DNA of 64,000 nt, taken from an uncultured delta proteobacterium (GTDB lineage: Bacteria > Myxococcota > Kuafuiibacteriia > Kuafuiibacteriales > Kuafuiibacteriaceae). A program made the position numbers and the translations under genes. Positions 34,209-43,761 of this stretch are shown here, in pieces (the first letter of the stretch is position 1; the number at the start of each line of letters is the position of its first letter). The DNA lies in NCBI GenBank assembly GCA_963803435.1, contig CAWDML010000009.1, forward strand, positions 1,184,001 through 1,248,000. The letters run 5' to 3'. Below the pieces are notes generated by a model. The model was given only the letters and a program-made list of their open reading frames with translations. It did no database searches and was not told the origin of the DNA.

Positions 34209-34916
34209 CTATACCAGACGGCCGTAGAGCAGGCGAGACACGTCGTCGTCGAGCAGCTCCGGGTGCCACTGGACGCCGACCACGGACGGATCGGCCGCCA
34301 GCGCGATCGCCTCGATGACGCCGTCGGGGGCCCGGCCGATCACCTCCAGCCCCCGGCCGAGCACGTCGACGGCCTGGTGGTGCGTGGTGTTGACCTCGAT
34401 GCGCGCGCGGCCCAGCTCGCGGGCCAGAAACGAGCCGGGGACCAGATCGACCGGGTGGCCCGGGCCCGCGGGTGAGCTCGGCTGCTCGTGCTCGAGGGCG
34501 CCGGCGATCTCGGCCCCGATGTCCTGCACCAGGGTCCCGCCCAGGACCACGTTCAAGAGCTGCATCCCGCCGCAGACCGCCAGGATCGGGATCCGCTTCT
34601 CGAGCGCGCCCGAGAGCAGCAGGGACTCGAAGTCCGTGCGAGCGGGCTTCTCCGGATCGAGGCGGGGCCCCCGCCGGGGCTGGCCGTAGCGCTCGGGCGG
34701 GATGTCGAAGAAGCCGCCGGTGATCACGAGCGCATCCGCCAGGTCGACCAGGTCGTCGATCACCGCCCGATCCGCGGTGGGCGCCACCAGGAGCGGGGTC
34801 CCGCCGGCGCGGGCGGCGCTGCTCGCGTACGCCGACTTGGTCACCACCGTCGGCAGCGCCACGCCGCGGCGCAGCGTCTCTCCCTCGTCGAGCGTGATCA
34901 GGATGCGCTTCTTCAT
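34209..34916 (-). CDS. Peptidase C26 / gamma-glutamyl-GABA hydrolase (PuuD-like, class I glutamine amidotransferase fold)
   Basis: ITGG..DIPPERYG, ILAVCGGMQLLNV, HHQAV, GVQWHPE; ATG 34916 overlaps the thiE stop. Confidence 0.9.
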   Translation of the reverse strand: MKKRILITLDEGETLRRGVALPTVVTKSAYASSAARAGGTPLLVAPTADRAVIDDLVDLADALVITGGFFDIPPERYGQPRRGPRLDPEKPARTDFESLLLSGALEKRIPILAVCGGMQLLNVVLGGTLVQDIGAEIAGALEHEQPSSPAGPGHPVDLVPGSFLARELGRARIEVNTTHHQAVDVLGRGLEVIGRAPDGVIEAIALAADPSVVGVQWHPELLDDDVSRLLYGRLV

Positions 34917-35524
34917 CCGGCCTCCCAGATCGAGATCGCGCGGCGGGCGGCGCCGGCGTCGGTCATCGCCGAGATCATCGCGGCCGCCGCGACGCCGGTC
35001 CGCCGCACGTGTGCGAGGCGCGTCAGATCGATCCCGCCGATCGCGACGATGGCGAGCGCGGGATGCGCCGACCTCGCCGCCCGGAGCGCGTCGAGCCCGA
35101 CCACCGGATCCGGGTTGGCCTTGGAGGCGGTGGGGAAGATCGGCCCGTAGCCCACATAGTCGGCCGCGCCGGCGGCCGCCGCCAGCTGCTCCGGGTCGTG
35201 ACAAGAGACGCCGATCTTCATCCGGGCGGGGAGGAACGCGCGCACCGCCTCCACCGGGAGATCGTCCTGGCCGAGGTGCACGGCGTCGGCCTCCGCGAGC
35301 ACCGCCAGGTCCGCCCAATCGTTGACGATGAAGGCGGCGCCCAGGTCGGCCGTCATCGCCCGCAGCTCCCGCGCCAGCTGGAGGAAGGGGCGGGTCGCGA
35401 GCGCCTTGGCCCGCAGCTGCAGGGTCCGGACGCCGCCCGCGAGGAGCGCTCGGGCCCGCCGGCTCGCCTCCGCCGGCGGGCGCGCCGCCGTCACGTCGAC
35501 GATCGCGTAGATCCCGTCGATCAC
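34913..35524 (-). CDS. thiE: Thiamine-phosphate synthase
   Basis: LQLRAK, IVND, VHLGQDD, GVSCH, DYVGYGPIFPTASK, VAIGGI. Confidence 0.9.
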   Translation of the reverse strand: MIDGIYAIVDVTAARPPAEASRRARALLAGGVRTLQLRAKALATRPFLQLARELRAMTADLGAAFIVNDWADLAVLAEADAVHLGQDDLPVEAVRAFLPARMKIGVSCHDPEQLAAAAGAADYVGYGPIFPTASKANPDPVVGLDALRAARSAHPALAIVAIGGIDLTRLAHVRRTGVAAAAMISAMTDAGAARRAISIWEAG

Positions 35525-36642
35525 AGCTCCTGCTCCTCGTCGTCGCGATCCTCGACCTTGCCGTCGAGGCCGAGGGAGCGGAGCTTCACCCGGAGCGTGT
35601 TGCGGTGGATGCCGAGCATCTCGGCGGCCTGGACCTGGCGCCCGTCGGCGAGCTCCATGGCCACGCGGATCAGCGGTCGCTCGAGCTGAGGCATGATCAA
35701 CCCATACATGTTCTCGGGCGTGTGTCCTTGCAAGCTCTCGGCGTAGGCGCGGAGGCGCTCGAAGAGCAGGTCCTCCAGCGACTGCTGCTGGTGCGCGCCG
35801 GCCTGCGCTTCCATCACGATCCGGTAGGCCTCCTTCTTCGCCAGCCCGAAGCGGCCCGCCAGCGTCTTGGCGGCGTCCGAGGGGCGCACACCGCTGTCGA
35901 GGAGCGCCCCGGCCTCGGCCGTGAGCCGGGGCGCGGGCGCGTCCTCGACCTCGGGCGGTCCCACCACGATGACCACCTCGCCCTTGGGCGGCGAACGGTA
36001 GCGCACGGCCAGCGCGGACAACCGATCCCGCGCGATCTCCTCGAACTGCTTGGTGAGCTCGCGCCCCACCGCGGCCCGGCGATCGCCGAGGCTCTTCTCC
36101 ATCGCCTCGAGGGTGTCGGCGAGGCGCCGCGTCGACTCGTACACGATCAGGGTGTACGGCGCCGTCCGGAGCGGCGCCAGGACCTCCCTCCGATCGCCGT
36201 CGCCGCGGGGGAGGAAGCCGAGAAAGAGGATCCGGTGGGTGGGGAGGCCCGAGGCGGTCACCGCGGCGAGCATCGCGCTGGCGCCCGGGATGGGGACGAC
36301 GCGCACCTCGCGCCGCACCGCCTCCGCCACCAGATCGGCGCCCGGATCCGACAACAGCGGCGTGCCCGCGTCCGACACCAGCGCGATCGACTCGCCGGCC
36401 TGCAGCCGATCGCAGAGCCGGTTCACCAGCTCCGCGTCGCTGTGCGCGTGAAAGCTCACCGTCGAGAGGATGATCTGGAAGTGATCGAGGAGCTTGCGGG
36501 TGACCCGGGTGTCCTCACAGGCGACCAGATCGACCGACCGCAGGACCTCGAGGGCGCGCAGCGTGATGTCGGCCAGGTTCCCGATCGGTGTCGCGACCAG
36601 GTAGAGCACGCCCCTCTCCACGGGCGGACCATACACCGGCAC
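35521..36642 (-). CDS. rsmI: 16S rRNA C1402 2'-O-methyltransferase with a C-terminal Fis-like HTH domain
   Basis: LYLVATPIGNLADITLRA, CEDTR, LVSDAGTP..SDPG, PIPG, RELTKQFEE, KGE; then LERPLIRVAM...QVQAAEMLGIHRNTLRVKL. Confidence 0.92.
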   Translation of the reverse strand: MPVYGPPVERGVLYLVATPIGNLADITLRALEVLRSVDLVACEDTRVTRKLLDHFQIILSTVSFHAHSDAELVNRLCDRLQAGESIALVSDAGTPLLSDPGADLVAEAVRREVRVVPIPGASAMLAAVTASGLPTHRILFLGFLPRGDGDRREVLAPLRTAPYTLIVYESTRRLADTLEAMEKSLGDRRAAVGRELTKQFEEIARDRLSALAVRYRSPPKGEVVIVVGPPEVEDAPAPRLTAEAGALLDSGVRPSDAAKTLAGRFGLAKKEAYRIVMEAQAGAHQQQSLEDLLFERLRAYAESLQGHTPENMYGLIMPQLERPLIRVAMELADGRQVQAAEMLGIHRNTLRVKLRSLGLDGKVEDRDDEEQEL

Positions 36643-36652
36643 CGCGCGCGGA

Positions 36653-38448
36653 TCAGCGCGGCGATCGCCGGCGGGCGGCGATCACCAGCGCGAGGGCGAT
36701 GAGACACCCGATCGCGCCGCTCGATGCTTCCCGATGCGCGCCGGCCGCCGCGCACCCGCAGCCCTCGCTCGGGATCACCGCCGGCTCTCCGCGCGCGATC
36801 GGGGAGATGTTGTCCGCGCCCGACGCGGACGCCTGAAGAAAACGTCCCATCCAGTAAGCGGCGTGGAAGTCGCCGCCGAAGTTGAGGCGGTCGTGGCCCC
36901 CACCGTTCACGGCGTGCGGGTCGGATCGCCACATGAAGTCGCTGGGCGGCCGGACCTCGATCGCGAGCGGCTCGACGGCGACCACGCGATCGCCGCCGTA
37001 CCCGCGGCGCTTGGAGAGGCGGACCACCGACCCGTCGATCAGCTCGCACTCGAGCGCGTCGATCTCCGCCTGGTCGCAGTTCGTCGTCGTGGTGTCCCAG
37101 TAGGGCGGAGCCGCGAAGCCGTCGAGGGTCGCCAGCCCGTCGGCCAGCGCTTCGCCGCCGATGCCGTCGATACCGTCCGTGCGGAAGGCGGCGAAGATGA
37201 AGTCGTAGAAGGACATCCGGAGGCCGCGCGCGTCGCGGTCCACGCCGGCGTCGTACATCTGGGTCTCGAGCACGTTGCGCACGCGCGACGCGATCAGCGG
37301 ATCGTTCTCGTACCGGAGCAGCCCGTAGACCGCGATGAACGCCATGTTCACCAGGGAGTAGTTCGTGATCTCCCGGAAGTAGACCAGGTCCGCCAGCGAG
37401 GTCTCGAGGAGGTCGAGGTACCGGCGCTTCGAGATCAGCTCGCGATAGCGCACCCAGATCTCGGGCTCACCGGTCACGTGGTAGAGCGTCCGCAGCATGC
37501 CGAGCGCCATCACCGCGTTGAACGCGTTCGCGGCCTCGTCGCCGACGATGCCCTCGAGGATCTCCTCGGCCGCCAGCGCGTGATACGTCGTCGGGCGACC
37601 GTCGGCGTCGTGGATGACGAGGTCGCTCTTCTCGCCGTCCGCGACCTCGACCTTCTCGAGCAAGATCGTCCCGAGCGCGCGGGCGTCCTCGACGATGCGC
37701 GCGATCTTCTCGGCGGGATCGCCGGATCCTCCGAGGCGACGTCGTAGACCGCGCCGAGCGCGAACACGTAGCCGTCCATGGTGTCCCGGGACGCATCGTC
37801 GAGCCAGACCAGGAACGGGAGCTGGCCCGACTGGTCCTCGCGCCAGGTGGGGCCCTTGTAGAGCGGCAGCGGATCGCCCTTGCCGTCGAAGAGCGGCGTG
37901 GTCTCCGGCCGCCCGTCGGGGAGCGGCGGCTCGCCGGGCTCGGGGGTCACGCGCCGAATGCCGCGGGCCACCACGCCGGGTTGGCCGGTCACTCGCGCCA
38001 GCCAGTCGAGCGCGTCCAGATCGTGGATCAGGATCGCGCGGGCCTCCTCCAGCTGCTCCGCCGGGGCGCCGCCGTCCCGCAGCACGGCGTACCGGAACGC
38101 GTCTCCCGCGATCTGGACCCCGCCGAAGATCGTGGCGTGAGAGTAGTCGTTGTACTCGTCGATGATCTGGTAGGGGTGGACGCCGGCGAAGCTCTGAAAG
38201 TCGCGCGCGCCGCTCGCGAAGAAGCGATCGACCAGCGCGCGATGCTCGGGATCCGAGATCCGGGCGTTGAGGCCGAAGCCGATCGGATCGGTGAGCAGCT
38301 CGTGCAGCTGGACCACGTAGCGATCGGCCTTCGCGGCGAGCGCTTCGTCGAAGCCGGGCTCGCCCGGGCCGGGGATCAGGGCGCCCGCGAAGGCGAGGCT
38401 GGGGCTCGGGACGGCGACCAGCGCGACCCACAGCGAGAGGCGGCGCAC
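36653..38448 (-). CDS. Secreted MYXO-CTERM protein of unknown function; one frameshift near 37715
   Basis: GTG 38448 signal peptide RRLSLWVALVAVPSPSLA; ARGIRR and DDASRDTMDGY segments; GCGC...LVIAARRR tail; frames join at EDPAIP/AEKIAR. Confidence 0.72.
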
Positions 38449-38565
38449 CGGGTCGAGTCTAGCAGCGTCGGCGGGGGATACCAGCGGCCACGGATCGGCC
38501 CGTGATGCCGGTCGCATCGCACGCGGGGGTACCAAATCGGGTCCCCGGGGATCAAAAGGACCGAG

Positions 38566-39054
38566 GTGGGGTCGCCCGAACACTCGGTGACGGAGCTCTT
38601 CGAGCGCTACGGCCCCACCGTGTACCGGCGGTGCCGGCAGCTGGTCGGCGACGGGGGCGCGGACGATGCGGTCCAGGAGGTGTTCCTGAGAGCGACCCGC
38701 GCCTGGGATCGCTTTCAGGGCGACTGCTCGCCGATGACCTGGCTCTATCGGATCGCGACCACGCACTGCCTGCAGCAGCTCCGGAACGACCGATCGCGGG
38801 CGGCCAAGCTGGAGCTCCTGCTGCCGCCCGAGGGCACGACGGAGGACATGGTCGCCAAGCTCGACGTCGCGGGGGTCCTCTCCGAGCTCGACGACCTGAC
38901 GCAGCAGCTGGTGGTGCTCCGCCACCTCGACGGGATGACGCTGGAGGAGGTGGCGGAGGTCGCCGGGGTCTCGCGCAAGACCGTGCAGAAGCGGCTCGAT
39001 CGGTTCAAGGAGACCGCGCGGCGGCGGCTCGCGGTGACGGAGGCGGGCACATGA
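38566..39054 (+). CDS. ECF RNA polymerase sigma factor
   Basis: LFERYGPTVYRRC, ADDAVQEVF, TWLYRIATTHC, DGMTLEEVAEVAGVSRKTV. Confidence 0.9.
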   Translation: MGSPEHSVTELFERYGPTVYRRCRQLVGDGGADDAVQEVFLRATRAWDRFQGDCSPMTWLYRIATTHCLQQLRNDRSRAAKLELLLPPEGTTEDMVAKLDVAGVLSELDDLTQQLVVLRHLDGMTLEEVAEVAGVSRKTVQKRLDRFKETARRRLAVTEAGT

Positions 39055-39687
39055 GTCGAGCTTGTCCCCCGCTCCTCGCGCTGGAGAGGCACCTCCACAG
39101 CGAGCTCATCGGCAGCACCAGCGAGCCCTGGAAGCGCCACCTGGAGACCTGTGACGCGTGCCTGGCGCGGCTCGCCTCGATGCGGCGTGAGGAGGCGGAG
39201 CTGGCCGCCCGGCTGCGCGATGGGATGTCCGGCGCTCCGCCGGTCGCGAAGGTGCGGCCGATGCGCCGTCGGATCGCGGTCGTGATCCTGGCGGCGGCCG
39301 CCGCGGCGCTGATCCTCCTCCTCGTCCCGCGGCCCACCGAACGACCCGAGTGGGGGCTCAGAGGCTCCGGTGTGCTCGGCGTGATGGTGGAGCAGGACGG
39401 CTCCGTTCACCCCTGGAGCGGTGCGCCGCTGCCGGAAGGGACGCGGATCCAGCTCACCTTCAGCAGCGCGACCGGCGGCTTCCTGCTGATCCGCACCGCG
39501 GCCGAGGTGATCTTTCCTGAGACGGCGATCGCGGCCGGGCGCGACGTCCCGGTGGGCGGGAGCCTGACCCTCGACCGGTCCCTCGACGGCGTCGCGCTCG
39601 ACGCGTTCTTTTCGAACGAACGCCTGCCACCGGGGCCGCGCGAGCCAGGACTGGCGACCTCGAGGATCGTCCTTCGGGTCAAGTCGA
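39051..39687 (+). CDS. Zinc-finger (HxxxCxxC) transmembrane anti-sigma factor-like protein
   Basis: ATG 39051 overlaps the sigma stop; HLETCDAC, one TM segment, then a beta-rich domain; stop inferred by removing C39685 (AAG TGA). Confidence 0.7.
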
Positions 39688-41082
39688 TCACCGCCGGCCC
39701 ACTCCTCGCGCTGGCCGTCGCAGCGCCCTCGCATGCGCTCGTCATCGGCAACGATCGGGGGCTCGCGTCCGATCCCGAGCTGCGCTTCGCCGAGTCGGAC
39801 GCAGCCAACGTCGCGCGCGCGCTGGTGGAGGTCGGCGCCGTGGAGCCACCCGACCTCGAGCAGATGCTGGGCGCGGACCACGATCGAGATCACGCGTGCG
39901 ATCGCGAATCTGGCGCCGAGCGAGCGCGTGATCCTCTTCCTCTCCGGTCACGGCGATCACCGCGGCCTGCACGTCTCGGGCGAGCTCCTCCCCTGGGAGA
40001 CGCTGGAGGCGGCGGTCCGCCGGATCCCGGCTCGCGTGGTGATCGCGCTCGTCGACGCCTGTCAGAGCGGCGCGTTCCTCACCCCGAAGGGGCTGTCGCT
40101 CGGTCCTCCGCTGAGCGTCTCGCTGGTCCCCGCCGGGCCCGAGGGCAAGGTCCTGATCACCTCCAGCGGCGCCAACGAGGCCTCCCACGAGTCGTCGCTG
40201 CTCCAGGGCTCACCGTTCGCGGTGTTCTTGATCTCCGGCCTCAGGGGCGGCGCCGACCTCGATCGGGATCGCGCGATCACCGTCGAAGAGCTGTACCGCT
40301 ACCTCTACGAGCGGACGGTGGCCGCCACCCTCTCGGCGCCGCTCGGTCCCCAGCACCCGTATCGCAGGATCGAGACCGCGGGGGCAGGCCCGGTGGTGCT
40401 GGCGCGACACCCTCCGACCGGCACCGCCGTACGGCGAGCGCCCCGCTCGAAGGGGAGCTGCTTCGTGCTCGATCGCGCGGAGGCGCGCGTCCTGGCGGAG
40501 CTCGGCCCCGGCGAGGAGCAGGCGGTGTCGATCCCGGAGCAGCCGATCGTCGTGAAGTGTCTCGAGGGCGACACGCTCGTGGCGGCGGCGGTCGCGAGCT
40601 GGTCGGGAACGCTCGTGCTCGACGAGCTGGCGCTCACCGCCGAGCCGCACACCTTCGCGCTGGTCAAGGGACCCGAAGCCCGGCGCTGGCCCGAGGTGAT
40701 CGCGGCCGCCGCGCTGGCCTCCCGCGATCGGGAGCTGGGTCTGTCGCTCTCGGTGCGCTACGGATCGAGCCAATACAGCCTCGGCGCCGAGGTCAGCATC
40801 ACGGCTCGGCGGCGCGCCTGGATCCTCGGCGGCGGAGGCTTCGTGCTGCCGTGGCTCCAGATCCCGGAGGGGCGTCTCGAGGTCGGCATGGTCGCAGGCG
40901 GACGCGCCGGACGCGACGGCGGCGCGCTCGCCTTCGGACCGTACGCACAGCTGGTGGTCGGCCTGGGCGGCGTCGTCGTCTCCGGGAGGATCAATCTGCT
41001 CACCGGGTTCGCGTTCGACCAGGACACGTTCTTCGTCGCGGTGGGATCGATCGGCTTCGGAGTGGGGAACCGCGATGACTGA
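39683..41082 (+). CDS. Caspase-family (C14) protease with C-terminal beta-barrel-like region; frameshift near 39875
   Basis: ALVIGND...LRFAESDA, FLSGHG (His), LVDACQSG (Cys), LITSSGANEASHES, SGLRGGADLDRD; GTG start inferred. Confidence 0.8.
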
Positions 41083-41151
41083 GAGGCCGCGCACGCGCGC
41101 CCGATCCGGCGCCGCCGGGGATCCAAGGTTCGTCTCGAATGGAGGAGCACA

Positions 41152-41715
41152 ATGCGTCAGCTACCGATCGGAGTGATTCTCGCCCTGGCGCTCGGCGCAC
41201 CTGCGTTCGCCCGCGCCGAGACGGCCACCACCACCGCGACCACCACCGAGGATCCCTGGCTGGTCTCCCGCCTTCGCATCCCCTGGACGGAGCCGAGCGG
41301 AACCGGCGTGGCGCTCGGCTACGAGAACGGGAGCTGGGGCGGAGAGTGGGCCCAGGGCATCCGCCTCCGCATCCCGATCGGCAGCGCGTTCTCGATCGAC
41401 CTCCGCGGCCTGGTCCTGGGCGGGCTGAACATCGATCGCTGGGACCTCGGCGGACGGCTCGATCTCTCCGGCGGCTCACCGGTGTTCCTCAACTTCGTCC
41501 GGATCTACGGAGGCGGAGGCGTGCAGGTCTTTCGGCCTGTCGCGGGCGTCGACCAGAGGAAGGTCTCGGTGGGCGGCGGAGGACACTTCGGGATGGAGCT
41601 GTTCCTCACGCCGTTCATGTCGTGGATTTTCGAGGTGGGCGGGAGCAGCGGGAGCCAGGACGGCTTCGGCGCCGGAGCGACGATCATGGCCGGGGTGCAG
41701 TTCTATCCCTTCTGA
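41152..41715 (+). CDS. Small outer-membrane beta-barrel-like protein
   Basis: RBS GGAGGAG, signal peptide, Gly/aromatic amphipathic strands, terminal QFYPF. Confidence 0.72.
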   Translation: MRQLPIGVILALALGAPAFARAETATTTATTTEDPWLVSRLRIPWTEPSGTGVALGYENGSWGGEWAQGIRLRIPIGSAFSIDLRGLVLGGLNIDRWDLGGRLDLSGGSPVFLNFVRIYGGGGVQVFRPVAGVDQRKVSVGGGGHFGMELFLTPFMSWIFEVGGSSGSQDGFGAGATIMAGVQFYPF

Positions 41716-41816
41716 CCTTCGAGCGGCGCACACGACATCCCAAGTTGTCCCATCCCGGGCCCAAGTACCCTCAGGGCCCGGTCTCTATCCTCGAGCTCGT
41801 AGGAAGGAGCTCGCAG

Positions 41817-42017
41817 ATGAAGTCGAATCGAAGGAATGGGTGGGTGCAGCTGGCGGTCCTCGCGGTCCTGGCGGCCTTGGCGACGCCGTTCGCCCTGGCT
41901 GCGGTCCGGGAGCAAGCGAAGCCCGCGGTGAGGGCGCCGAGCCCCGAGCTCCCGCGCGAGTGGCGGTGGCACAAGAAGGCCGTCACGTTCGACGACATGT
42001 TCGCGGGGGCCCGCTGA
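41817..42017 (+). CDS. Small (66 aa) membrane-anchored or secreted hypothetical protein
   Basis: RBS AGGAAGGAG, hydrophobic N-terminus, C-terminal PELPREWRWHKKAVTFDDMF. Confidence 0.55.
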   Translation: MKSNRRNGWVQLAVLAVLAALATPFALAAVREQAKPAVRAPSPELPREWRWHKKAVTFDDMFAGAR

Positions 42018-42032
42018 GACCGGGCCGGTCTC

Positions 42033-43586
42033 TCACTTGGTGAGGACGCGGGTGTACTCGACCTGGCCCTGCGTACCGACGAACTCGGCGGTGAGCGTGT
42101 TGCCCTCGATTTGCACCGCGAGGAACCCGAGCGACGTGCTCTGGAAGGAGGTCGGGTTCGACCCGCTCAAGCTGGACCCGCTGGCGCCGGTCCCGCTCAC
42201 CGCCAGCGCCGTCGAGCCGCCGCACGGTTGGCTGAGCCACTGGCGGGTGTGATCGTGTCCCGACAGATAGAGGTCCGCGCGCCCGCAGATGTCGGCGTCG
42301 AAGAAGCTCTTCACGCCGTCGCCGCTCCACGGTTGCACGCCGCTGGTACCGTCGTAATTCCCGGCGTTGCCGTGGGGGCCGTTCGATCGGTAGGGGTGGT
42401 GACCGAACGCGATCCTCCAGGTCGCGCTCGACGCGCCCATCCAGGCGTCGACATCGGCGCGCTGGGCCTGATCCAGCCCGTACATCTGGGCGTTGGTGTC
42501 GAGCGCGAAGAACTCGGCGTTCTCTCGCGTGAAGTGATAGTAGGCCGCCGGCAGGCGCCACTTGGCGGAGCGGTGGCTGTAGTCGATCGAGTACTGGCCC
42601 TTGAAGAACTCGGATCCGGAGCCGCCGCCGCCGTAGTCGTGATTGCCGAGCACGACGTCGAAGGGGACGGGCACAGCCGCGTAGGGCGCCTCGAACTTGG
42701 TGTCGAACTGGGGATCGTGGTCCGAGCTGGGGCCGCTGTCGTAGATGTTGTCGCCGAGCAGGAGCACGAAATCGTATCCGCGCTCGCGATAATGATCCGC
42801 CATGGCCGTCGCGACCGCCCACTGACCGGCGTTTCCGCGACCCGTGTCTCCCACCGCGAGGAAGCGGATCGAGGGGGGCGGTCGCTGGTCGATCGGATAG
42901 ATGCGCGCGCCGCTCGAGCCTCGCCGGAAGACGTTGATCGCTCCGCACTGTCCGAAGTGGTTGCCGGACGGATAGGGCGTGCTGGGCTGGGCCACGTCGG
43001 GCTCCCAACCGGGGCCGTTGCTGATGAACGACTTGAGCTCGAACCACGAGGCGCCGTTCCAGGCGAAGCCGTGCGCGCAGTCCATCTCCACATCGATCAT
43101 CCAGTAGTGCATCCCGAAGCGATTGAGAGGCTCGGTCCCGTAGCCATCGCTCGCCACCGTCCGCTCCGCTCCCCAGTCGGAGGGCCACGCGTCGGTGGTC
43201 CAGTCAGCCGGCGTCCCTTCGCTCACGACGCCGTGTGAGACCCCGTTCTGCAGCGGCTCTTTCCCGTACCAGTCCAGCCGGTCGTCGTGATCCTTCCAGG
43301 GTTCGGTGGTGGCGTTCGACCGGTTGAGGTGACGGATGGGGATCGCACACTGGTAGTTGGACGCCGTGCAGCTGAGCCCGAGGAGCTGCTGGGCGCGGGC
43401 GTGGTCGAGGCCGCCGCGGACGAAGAGGTCCTGTCCGGGCTCAGTGATCCCGAAGATGAAGATGACCGTGCGTCGGAAGTCGGTGGCCTGCACCGCTTCC
43501 GGATCCGAGGCCGCGCGCTCCGGTGCGACGGCTTCTCCGCACGACGAGACGAAGAGGGCGAGGAGGACTCGAGCCGGTGCGTTCAT
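42033..43586 (-). CDS. Lipoprotein metallophosphoesterase (purple-acid-phosphatase-like) with an N-terminal amylase-propeptide-like domain
   Basis: VSSC lipobox; AVGDTG, LGDNIY, LGNHDY, FGHHPY, SGHDH motifs. Confidence 0.88.
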   Translation of the reverse strand: MNAPARVLLALFVSSCGEAVAPERAASDPEAVQATDFRRTVIFIFGITEPGQDLFVRGGLDHARAQQLLGLSCTASNYQCAIPIRHLNRSNATTEPWKDHDDRLDWYGKEPLQNGVSHGVVSEGTPADWTTDAWPSDWGAERTVASDGYGTEPLNRFGMHYWMIDVEMDCAHGFAWNGASWFELKSFISNGPGWEPDVAQPSTPYPSGNHFGQCGAINVFRRGSSGARIYPIDQRPPPSIRFLAVGDTGRGNAGQWAVATAMADHYRERGYDFVLLLGDNIYDSGPSSDHDPQFDTKFEAPYAAVPVPFDVVLGNHDYGGGGSGSEFFKGQYSIDYSHRSAKWRLPAAYYHFTRENAEFFALDTNAQMYGLDQAQRADVDAWMGASSATWRIAFGHHPYRSNGPHGNAGNYDGTSGVQPWSGDGVKSFFDADICGRADLYLSGHDHTRQWLSQPCGGSTALAVSGTGASGSSLSGSNPTSFQSTSLGFLAVQIEGNTLTAEFVGTQGQVEYTRVLTK

Positions 43587-43761
43587 GCCTCCGTCCCTGG
43601 CAGGAACGATGCCGCGCCCGCGCGCGACCGATCACGGCACGGTCGGCCCAGAATCGATCGGTGGTGGCGCCGATCGATCCAGTGCGTTCGTCCGACAGGA
43701 CACCTGCGGCTTGCATTCGCGCGACGCCGTCCGCCGCACTGTCGTCTTCCGGTCCACAGCC

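Noticed and set aside
39051-39900. Apparent in-frame fusion of anti-sigma factor and caspase (ORF 38502-41078)
   Set aside because: Removing C39685 gives AAG TGA overlapping GTG ATC ACC, a normal GTGA coupling with a signal-like start. It is most likely a single-base error beside GATC.
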